This document shows, in pieces, positions 41,601 to 52,043 of a stretch of 64,000 nt of DNA. Position 1 is the first letter of the stretch, and every line of letters begins with the position of its first letter. The stretch comes from Balanoglossus misakiensis (Eukaryota; Animalia; Hemichordata). Location: NCBI GenBank assembly GCA_040954595.2, contig CM082586.2, forward strand, positions 5,070,509 through 5,134,508, in the 5' to 3' direction. Made by a program: the position numbers and the translations under genes. The notes beneath the pieces are model-generated. The model was not told the DNA's origin and did not search any database. It was given only the letters and a program-made list of their open reading frames with translations.

Positions 41601-42609
41601 CATTGGGGGGTCATGTGTTATCGTATCCCCATGCCTCATTGCCATTCACAATTTTTCTAATGTAACATTTGTGTCCAATTGTAGCCCCATGGTTTGTCCG
41701 TTGTCATGACATCACCGGCTGTTTTCCAGTTCACTGCACCCATGTGTCCAGAGAGACACATAGAAGCTGCTGGTATATTAGGTTAGTATTAAGCAGTGAT
41801 GTTTGCACCACTATGATTTCTCTGTGGTGACCAGAATTACTATTGGGGACGTCGCTCATTTTATCAACAGGAATACTGAAATTGTCTCATATTTGAAATT
41901 CAAAATGGCCGCCATTCTGTGTTAAGTCTATGGAGAAAATTAAAGCAGTGATTTTCATGCAGACAAGATGGTGAACACCCTGTTTTCGTCTACGATGTCA
42001 AAAAGACTCCTCAAGCACTTTGATATACCAATGAATTGAAATTTTTGGAGACATAGTTTTTTGAACTTCTCTCCCTGAGGCATGACGTGTATGCACACTT
42101 GTGTTTTGGCTATTCTTAAAATTATTAATTTTGGCATGTTTTCCCACTCTACAGGTGCCGATACCACAAATGTGAAGGAGGAGGATGCCGGTCGAGTGTT
42201 GTCCGATGTTCTGAGGTCGTTCATGTATGACCTTGGTGTTGATGATGGGCTTGCTGAACTTGGCTTTACCACTGAGGATATTCCTGCCCTGGTGAAGGGC
42301 ACTCTTCCCCAGGTCAGTTTGACGCAATATATTTATTTTCGTTAATTTACTTTCAAACTTAGAATGGCCCATTTACATGATCTACTGATGGGTGTAGGCA
42401 AACATATTATCAACCTATGATTCTGGCTGTACATGTACATAGGATAGGGAGGGGAGATAGGGATATACAGGCAGTGTATTATGTATACAAGGTGACTAAG
42501 GATCTCTCCACTCTTTCGTTTACAGCATAGAGTGACAAAACTGGCTCCCAGACCCCAGAGTGAAGAAGATTTGGCTAGCATGTTTGAATCTTCCATGAAG
42601 ATCTACTAG
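38207..42609 (+). CDS. ADHFE1: Hydroxyacid-oxoacid transhydrogenase, mitochondrial (iron-containing ADH family), 14 exons, 482 aa
   Basis: Exons 38207-38262, 38717-38849, 39018-39071, 39206-39256, 39457-39560, 39689-39885, 40109-40186, 40290-40395, 40616-40768, 40949-41047, 41318-41396, 41685-41781, 42155-42312 and 42526-42609 give 1449 nt in frame. Motifs: [89 protein letters not shown]. Confidence 0.98.
38572..38656. repeat. Perfect (CAT)~28 microsatellite in ADHFE1 intron 1
   Basis: Directly visible in the sequence. Confidence 0.98.
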
Positions 42610-44023
42610 CAAATAGACAGCGTGGCTATTACTGAGAGAAATCAGATGTTAAAATGAAATGATCCTAGGAGTGGTGTCGTACATCATAGTGATAATTCTA
42701 CAATAGACAATCAAATTTGATGTGTCCGCCATCAGTGGTAAAAGAAGTCTTTTATCTGTATTATAAGGTACACAGTGGACATAATTGAAGTGTTATGGAG
42801 AAGTTGATCAAAGAATGAAATGGGACAATTTTCATATCACATAAAATTGTACATAATCAAAAAAGTATTAAAAATTATATTTTAAAATCCATAACTTGTG
42901 TACACAAGGTATGTGTATGTTTACTATTGCAATCTGCCTATATTAGGTTGGTCAGTGTCTGTCACTACTATCAACAAATGGAGAAAGCATTCATTTAACA
43001 ACACATGACACACCAAATTCTAGTGAACTGTTTTTATTCCCACAAGAATCTACAAACATCTACATGGGTGAAGGTTCAAATACTAATTAATTAGATTGGT
43101 GGAGGCTGACAAAAAATTGGGTAAGAAAACCAGTTCACCATTCTTCCTTTTCACAATGACAATTTGAAATCATCTCAAGTTTCTCAAATACTGCATCTCT
43201 GATTGGGATTCTCAGCCTCGCAATTTTCAGAGGCTTCTGTTTCGATTCAAATAAAGGCTCCACTCTTTAAATTGACAAGCAATTCTATCTTGTTTTTCTC
43301 TCAAAAGGGAAATCATATATTTATGAGTTTTGCTGCCAGTAGTGACTTAAAAAAAATTGAAACGTAATAAAGTACGAAAACAGCGGGTAGCAAATATATC
43401 ATTTCCCATTTTCTGCAAAAAACTTTTACTTTCTTTTTTTTAAGCTCATACAACATAGGAAAAGACCTGTTCACTCAGCATGGAGGGATTGGTAATGTTC
43501 CAGAACATCTCGTGTCTGAATTATTGTACTTGGAAAGGTCAAAATGATGTCAAAGGTCAACATCAGTGAGGTCAACATGTATTTCACTGATGATGATAAA
43601 CCAAAACTATTTTAGTTTTCTTAAAATTTTTTCCTCCATGCTGATCATTTTTAATGGAACGTTTTTTTTCCTTTGCTCTATGCAAAAATATTTCTATACC
43701 TAGTATTACGATTATACATGAAGACAACAAGCATTATCATTTTGTGGTTTAAATCTAAGCCCTATTTACCATCCCTTTTTGTTAGCAGCATACACAATTG
43801 TATGTAAACGTCCAAATATGCAAAAAATGAAAATTTTATCATTTCAACGTTTGTGAGGTGCTCATGCGGAAAAAAATGACTGAATTTCACAGAAAGTCTC
43901 TTGTATGATTCAGTCATTTTCAACTTAGTGTGAAGGGGAGGTAACATGGTGTTGAAGATGGATTATTCCGTAAAATGGGGGGAAAAAATGAAAGACTGGT
44001 CCAAAGATGATCCCCTTCACCCC

Positions 44024-44102
44024 TTAACCTCCCATTTCCCTGTACAAGGGTCTGGCACTGCAACTGCATGTAGAAGTATGGAGTTGGACCAAACCATGGT
44101 GG
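44024..44102 (-). mobile_element. Inverted, degenerate copy of the TTAA-flanked MITE family in the presumed Staufen 3' UTR
   Basis: The reverse complement reads ccaccatggtttggtccaactccat...cagggaaatgggaggttaa and shares atggtttggtccaactccat exactly with the 57253 copy. Confidence 0.65.
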
Positions 44103-44663
44103 CAATCAATCAAATGTGCCTAGACAAATTTGTGCTAACCAAAAACAGACAGCACAAGCAGAAGTGCAGTGTTGGTGCTAGGATATTGGAAACATACAAA
44201 GTTAACGAGTTGGCAAATTTAGGACAGTACCACATTGAAATTGTTTCACTCTTTTTCTCAAGAACCCAAAGTGGATTTCAATGGTCATCTGCCCAGTCTT
44301 GCACTGCTAGCAGCTGATATTTTTTTTCTCCAGCTGATTTGGATTTCTATGATTTAAGAAGTACAAGAAATTCCTTGACAACGGTGAGGGAAAGAAAAAC
44401 AGTATTGAACGTTTGGACCAGCCTTGCATCAAAATACATCTTAATACAGACCTATGATGAATCAACCACACATCTACACAGGTCCATTTTTTTAAATTCT
44501 AAAACACATTCTACTTTGTCATTTTAGTGACATCAAGATTAAATAGTATTGTTCTTTGTTTAATTCTGTTGTCTTCAGTACGATCTGTCTACACACAGTA
44601 ACTACCAGTGCCGATGGTCTAAGGCCGTCTAGGCCTCAGGCCCGGCAGGATTTCCAACGGCCA

Positions 44664-45698
44664 AATTTGTGTCCAGCGAGTTAGCCGTCATCTATTCTGC
44701 TTTGACGTCTTCAGTTTTGATGTGTACATCAGGTCTGTGGGAGGAGACAGAGAGCAGAGAGTTGATCAAAGAGCAGGTTCTGCACACAAACGAGGTATGG
44801 TGTACAAACAAAAGCATGTGTGAAACATCCATCAATCCATCCATAGATACATACACACATACACATGCCACTGATCCATAAGATCCCAATATATACATAT
44901 ACCAAATGGGACCTAACAATGGCTATACGTGTATATATGAACGCACTTCAACACAACTACATGTATTTATTTGTACCCCTATCACATGTCTATATCTCGC
45001 ACTGATTTCCATTGGAACACTGCACATGCATTTTATCCTGGAGTAGACCTACTGATCAAGATTGAAACTTCCATACATGTACCTTATTGATTTGTCAGTG
45101 GGCGTTCCAGGTTCTTTTTTGATGTGCTCTACTACTGTCATGTCATGTAATGTCAGCGATTTAAGAGCTTGTATAGAGGCCGCGTCATGCGAGGACTCCA
45201 CAGTTGGACCTGCACCGTGCGAGATCAGTGATGGGGAATTTGTGTCCAGCGAGTTAGTCGTCATCTGCTCTGTTTTGACGTCTTCAGTCTTGGTGTGTAC
45301 ATCAGATCTGTGGAATGAGGGTAGAGAGAGAAAAGACTGTTAGGTTTGATCAAACAACAGGATCAAAACCATGTGTGAAACACTGTCATAGAATTGAATG
45401 TATTCTTGAGAACACGGTCAACCATGTGTATTTACTTGTACCGTTGCCTTATGACTAAATCTCGCGTCTATTTTCCATTGAGCACAGCAACAATTTTTAC
45501 CCTGGAGTAGGCCTACTGATCAAGATTGAAACTTCCTTTACCTTATTGATTTGTCAGTGGGCGTTCCAGGATCCTTTTTGATGTGCTCTACTACTGCCTT
45601 GATGTCCATGTCCATCAGCGTTTTGAGCGCTTGCAGAGAGGCCGCATCATGCGAGGACTCCACAGTTGGACCTGCACCATGCGAGATCAGTGATGGGG
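44664..45698. repeat. Two-copy tandem duplication at the Staufen 3' end (copies 44664-45236 and 45237-45698)
   Basis: Both copies start aatttgtgtccagcgagttag and end gagatcagtgatgggg. They share exon sequence and intron sequence such as cctggagtag.cctactgatcaagattgaaacttcc. Confidence 0.95.
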
Positions 45699-48600
45699 TG
45701 GTGGAGACAGTCACCAGGCACAGGTACTCTGGTTTGTTACCCTGTAAATGCCAATTGTCAGTAAAGCATGGGTTTATGTGGTAAACTTTACTGAGAGTGC
45801 AGTATTACATCAGGACATGTAGATAATAGCCAGTCACCGTCAAAACACCCTAACGACTGTTAGTAACTGGTAACTTGCTGAATTTGCATAGGTAAGTGGA
45901 TAAAATAATCAGATCAACACTGGAAAGAAAGCGGTAGTGCTTTACGCATTTCTTACCTTGGGAAAATCTGTAAATTCACAATTTAATCCTTGCACTTTGG
46001 CTAGATACATCAACTGTGATTTGGGTCGTAGGAGTTTCTGCTCCAACTTTGGAATCATTCTGGATTTGGCGATGCCGTCGGCTGTCGGAGACTCTCCGTC
46101 CACAAGTAGTTCTCTGGCAATCAGAGCTGTGGTCGCCTTGGATACAGGATCGCCCAGGTGTGCGCCCGGGGCACGATTCAGTCCTGTTTTGGGAGATTAA
46201 TTACAACATTTCAGTGCCATATTTGTTGCAGTCTTAGCCACTTTTGGAATTTTCCTTTTGGTTATAAAAAAAAATTCTGTTGTAAGGCTACATTATGATA
46301 GTAGATGGATACTTTGATTTGTTTTCCCCGCCATTCAAGTTAGTACAGTCACAACTTGTGTTAGTGACCACCTCTATATAGTGACCACCTCTATATAGTG
46401 GCCACTTAGTTACAGTCCCTGTGCAATTTAAATGTGTATAAATTGACCTGTCTATTAAGACCACCTGAAGTCTGTACAAATAACTTACCTTGGTGTTTAG
46501 CCATTGTAGGTAAAGTGAAGCCGGCAGCATTGGCCACCTCAGGCATCATCGGGAGTAGACCCGGAGCCAGCGGTCGGCTGCTCAGCCCAACTCCTGTGCC
46601 GCCTCCTTCAGGGACAGTAGATTTGTTTTCTGTCATGGAGAAAACGAGACAATAACTAATTTGCACAAAAATACCGACACCAGTTATCGAGACACAATAA
46701 CTTACACAATTCTCACCACCCTGAACATTTTTTGACATCATGCTGAGGCTTCTGGGCAACTGTACTTATGAAAGAATATTGGCCTACCTTCTTTTTCTGA
46801 GTCAGCAAAAGTCACCTTTCTACCATTAGCTGGTTTCTCTTCAAGTGTCTGTTAGAAACATACACAGATATCAGTATTTAATGGCCTACACAAGCAATCA
46901 AGGAATAGTGTATATATACATGAAAAACCATTTTAGTTCAATGAAAAGTTATAATATTCCAATCATACAAGTCCATAACCTGACCCTATTTTTCTTTGTA
47001 AAGTTCCAACTCAATGACAAAACACAATGGAGGTAGAATCCAATTTCTCACCTGAAAGGGGTGATGAGAAGACTGATGACATACCTGCACCTCTGCACCT
47101 TCAGTTTTCAGAGAAGACTTGTTCGGCAGAGGTGGATTGCTACGGTATCCCAACTCTTGTAACATGGCTTCAGCCGCTGCACGCTTGGCCATCTTTTTGT
47201 TGGGCCCAATGCCTGTGCACTGGCTGTTGCCAACTGTTACCTATTTTGCAATGAAGAACATATGAAACACTTTAGTTGTGGGGAAAACCATGGCAATGAG
47301 AGAAGTATCACGATTGGTAGACGGCCACAAGGGATGGTGCACTCTTTAAGGGGCAAAGTCACACACTTTGGACTTTATATTACATTGTAGTTTCTTTTGA
47401 TAGATCTACCATTAAAGTCATATTTGTAAACGCATTTTTTTTTTACCTGCATGACAAATTCTCTTTTACGCGGTTGACCTCGTTCTTGTAGGAGTGTAAA
47501 TACAGGTTCCTTCTCTTTCTTGGCCTGTTGGATTTGGACAAGTCGACTGACTGGGTTCATGCCCAGGCCATAGTCTTGATTACTCTGTTGCACTGTCTGT
47601 TAAAAAAAAGAAAATAAAAATCTTTAATATTCACTAAAATATCTTAAATTCCAAACTTGTATGACTTCACAAAATTACATACATGAATTTGACAGAGGTA
47701 ACATGCAACTAAACTTTTTCTTATTATGACAACTTTTTAAAGAGGGAAATCTTTTTCACCTTAACCAGTGACTTTGGTTTCTTCTTCTTAAATCTTGGCC
47801 GGGGTTTCTCGATGACTGGTAGGGGGGTGAGTTCACGAAGCTGATCCAAGACTTTAGCCGCAGCCTTTTTCTTGGAAACTTTCTTGCCGTTGCCCTCAGC
47901 TTCGGCCGAATACTCCCCTACACTACATCTGGTTATAAAGGTTTTCATGTGAGGTGGACCACTTTCTTTGATCACCTGAAAGAGTGGGGGAAACAGGGCA
48001 TAAGTGTTGGGAGTTCTTGGTTTATTTTCAACTGGTCAAGTCTAGTGAGCAAAATAAAATACTCACCTCAAATGTAATTGGGAAATTTCTTCTGTGGGCA
48101 ATTTCATAACATTGACTGATTTCAGACTTGGACTCATCTCCATCAGATTCATCTTCAACTGCAATTTCAAAGTAAATCAAGCAAATTCACGTAAATCATT
48201 GATCAACATCACATTGTTTGTTCTTTTATTTATTCTCGACACTGTGTGAGAACAGAAAAGAGAACCAATGGCATGAGTATCACACACTTTTATTCAACTT
48301 GTTTTGGGAATTTTTTAAAACCAGAACTTTGTGCCAAAAATAGCCGCAACCTATCCACCAGTCTACAGAACAGCTTACCTTGTCTGACATTCTCTGGTTG
48401 TTGGATCTAAACATTCAAAAAATATATAAACGAACAAGAAAAAGAGGAAACTTTAGAGGCAGTGAAAGAGGCAATCTTAGTGTTCATCGCATTTCTGAAA
48501 TCTCTCTCAAGCCTTTCATCAAATGATTTGTTTCTAATGTTGTAATTAACAAAGTATAATATTCAAAGTTTATGGACCACTTTTTCTATACCAACAATTT

Positions 48601-50061
48601 TTTTTTACAAAACAGAATTCTGTAAGCTTGTACATTTGTAATTTCTGCATCCTCACGTACCACAACCCCTTCTGGCAAAGGTTCATTTCGTAACGCTTTC
48701 AATGCCTTGACTGCAGCATTGTGCCTGGCCTGTTGTCTGGTTCTTCCCTCACCATAGAATTCCCGATTACCCACTGTCAGTGACACGTAGCATGCAGTTG
48801 CTCGGTTCATAGGATAATGGTACCTGTGGGGGTCGAAAGTGACAATTGTTCTTGTGAAATCTATGTATATTTCAAAGATGAGTTTACTCGTCCATTTCAT
48901 GTGAGGCAAAATAAGAGATATTCAAACAAAGTCCCTATGTTTATTATATTTATGTACTACTGTAAGTGAGGCAGATTGTCCTTTCAAATGCAGTGTTTCA
49001 TCTAGACAGGGGATGGGGTGATTCACCCCCTGTTGACATCCAATAGCAATCTGACAAAGTACCAGAATTAACTTATGAACATTTATTGATTTAGTAATAC
49101 ATATCTGTTTGCAAGTCAGATGAGGAAATAAACAGCGTCCTGAAAAAGGAGAGTGGCTCTCACCTTTGGTTGTACATTCCTCTGAAGTTGTAATTCGGTC
49201 TGTTGTTGTAGAATGACGGTGGCGGGCCCCTGGGACCAGGGCCGGGTCCGGAGCCGGGGCCGAGATGCGGCGGCGCTGGCTCCACGGCCCTGTAGATGGC
49301 CTGCTCGCCGCGCTTCATGGCGATGCCGTTCAGCTCCACGGTGGGCGTCATGCTCTCCAGGCTGCCGTTGATGATGACGCGCGGCGGCCGCGGCTTGGGC
49401 GAGGGCAGGCCGCACTGCTTCAGGGCGATCTCGGCCGCCTCGTGCTGGGCCTTCTTGATGCTGGTCCCGGTGGCCTTGTACACCTTGTCGTTGAGAGTCA
49501 GCGACACCTCGAATGTCTTCTGGTGCGCCGGGCCGGACTCGTCCACCAGATTATACTGGGGTTGCATTTTATTGTAACGGGCTAACTCGTTGAGCAGACA
49601 CATTGGGGTTTTCTCTTTGGGGTTTGCCATGTTTATCTGAATGCAACAGAGGAAAGTAGATCGTAAAATTAATTAAATGACCATTAGCTGAGCTTTGAGA
49701 CAAAAATACTGCGAAAAAATAGCTAATAGTGGCCCTTTAATAGGTCTAATACCACACTGATATTAGATCTACATGTACGATGGGTATTACCGGATCTACT
49801 AACTTGTAAATCAGAAACCAACATCAGACTACTTACACTACCAGCATTAGCAGAGTTGACAACAGTCGAAGCAGCAGCATTCGCAGTAACATTGGCAGCG
49901 ACAGCAGTCTCTGGCGCAGCAGCAACAGCAGTTTGGCCATTCCCATTGGCCTTCACCACCAATGGACCGGTCTGATTCTGACCAGGCTGCTGGGCTGGTT
50001 GTGGGACTGCTACGGGTGCCTGAGTTGGCTGGGTAGTTGTTATTCCTTGGACTTGAGCCAT
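44692..50061 (-). CDS. STAU: Double-stranded RNA-binding protein Staufen (dsRBD1-5 plus Staufen-swapping motif); 799 aa, or 724 aa without the duplicated exon
   Basis: Coding exons 50061-49837, 49636-49164, 48823-48661, 48406-48379, 48158-48067, 47975-47760, 47596-47447, 47240-47085, 46848-46788, 46629-46489, 46183-45957, 45741-45542, 45307-45083 and 44734-44692 give 2400 nt in frame. Motifs: [40 protein letters not shown]...[45 protein letters not shown]. Confidence 0.97.
46343..46447 (+). mobile_element. Related Tc1/mariner-type MITE fragment in a Staufen intron
   Basis: Starts tacagtc and contains tandem tagtgaccacctctata subrepeats, followed by cctgtctattaagaccacct; only one end is recognisable. 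Confidence 0.55.
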
Positions 50062-50179
50062 GGTTACAAGTTTTCCTTTGAACAAGATGACAGAAAGAAA
50101 AGTTACATTTTACACTTCTTGCAGTGTTTTATCTGGACAAGGCTGGGGGGTGGGTGGGGTGTTCACCCCCTGTTGACAT
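48989..50179 (+). repeat. Two similar 50-60 bp interspersed fragments (48989-49039 and 50120-50179) in Staufen introns
   Basis: Both read tgcagtgttt.atct.gaca.gg...tggggtg.ttcaccccctgttgacat in the same orientation; probably transposon ends. Confidence 0.7.
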
Positions 50180-50797
50180 GTTGGAAACCCCCAGATAAAA
50201 TAATGACAATACTCAAGACTGGCATGACATACCTATTAATAACTGTTCAATTGGGATGCAATATAAACACAAGATTACATAACCTACGCATAACCCAGTA
50301 GAATCCATACAAATATCAAATTATTTTCAGGAATGACTACAGCTATTAGGAATTATTGAAAAAAAAATCGAGAGACGTGTATAGTAATAAACATTTAAGT
50401 GAGCACTGTAGAAGTATCTACTTCTGATTAAAAAATATCAGATCAGTAATATTTAAATGTCGAAACACGAAACACGGAAGTTGTCACTCCCAACGAGGGC
50501 CTCGCTCTCGCTGTCGTCAACGAAATCGTACAAGGGCCAACAGCGACTTCAATATTAATAATAAATAAAAACACAGGAGAACTATTTTACTGAAATTCCG
50601 GGTAAAATTGAATAAGGTATATCTGTCGAATCTGTCATTAATTTTGAGTGACAAAATGCTGCCGAGGGCTTTATATATAACACCGGTAAAGTGCGGCGAG
50701 ACAGAAGGAAGTCATTCAAATATGGCGACGGCGATAATATTGTGGGCCCGGAAAATGAATCGTGGGGATTCACAGTAAATTACGCGAACCTTCTCAC

Positions 50798-52043
50798 CTT
50801 TTCGTTGACCAATTTAAAGAGTAAAACTTGAAACCACGCAGTCTACGGTAAAGTCTGGTTGAATGCAGGAATAAGGCGAAAAATCTCACATTGGCAAACA
50901 CTAAAGAAAATACAAGTCTAACATGTGGACGTGTAGCCTCTACCCCAACGCTGACAGTGACTGTAATTTGTAGCATCGCATTCGTCAGAAGAAAATGTGA
51001 AAGAAATGATCTTGTATTATATATTAGGTCAAGATATTAAACTAGTATCATTTGAATGAATATATATTTACAATCTATTTCATAAGTATTCTATAAACGC
51101 TTTGAACTAAAAATAAACGAAATGAAATTGTACTACAAACGTACGTTTGAAATAAACATTCACTTAATTTAAATAGTCTGACGTCACATCTTTCATATGC
51201 ACGCAGACATGTACATTGCAGATCCCAGATCACGTCACTATGATCAGCGCAACTCAGTGTATAGTACGAATTTCGTGTGCTCCCCCACACGGCCACACTC
51301 CCAACTTACTTCAATGTCAGACGAAACAATTTCTTATTCGTTTGTGCAAAAAAGTTGTGCACAGACACATTTCAACAAACTTATTTTCAAGCAGTACACT
51401 AGGCCTTTAGTCTGACTTTAGATAGACTTTAATCGATTATGATTACCGGAGACATTTCGAATTCCTGGTTTTTTCGGATCTGGCTTTTCAACTAATTGCA
51501 GACGCAGCGTGTAAAACGCTTGCGATGAGAAGTTCAATACTTTATACTGTAAATTGGTCAAATTCAAACCACTGGAGGACTGACCACCACCAACATCATC
51601 GATTAGGCTAGGGGACCGGGGAGGTGCTTGTCCCTCTATACGAACTAAGTTAAAGGGCTTTGCTAAAACTTTTTCGCGGATTAGACCGGGCGTGGGCGGC
51701 GCTTTACTGATTGAGATCAGTGAAATGTACATGAGATCGGTCGACAGTCCGATAAAGGGAAGAAAGCGGAAGTTTGGGGAACTTGAACTATAATCGGCAG
51801 CAAGATACAAAGCTATTGTAAAGATTGATATAACGCCAGGAACACAGTTTACAGTAGGCCTAGACTACAGTCAGAAAGACATCGCGTTTGCGTCGACCGA
51901 CCGACTGCACTGGACGTCTGCATCGCGCGGGCCTGACATATAAGAAAAAGTTCAAACCCGGAAATAGTTGTTGTCGAAAATGATTTAAGGTAGGTATCGT
52001 TGTATCCTGTACGCCAAATATATGTCAACAGGAGCACAGATCG
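50798..52043. promoter_or_regulatory. Divergent promoter region with candidate first exons of Staufen (minus) and the unidentified plus-strand gene
   Basis: A CpG-containing stretch lies between CpG-poor gene bodies. It has a minus-strand donor AAG|gtgaga at 50798, a plus-strand donor TCG|gtaagt at 52043, GC-box-like GGGCGTGGGCGG near 51690 and GCGGAAGT near 51767. Confidence 0.5.

Noticed and set aside
49116-49585. Alternative-frame and antisense ORFs over the long Staufen exon
   Set aside because: These are expected from very high GC3 and show no independent coding signal.
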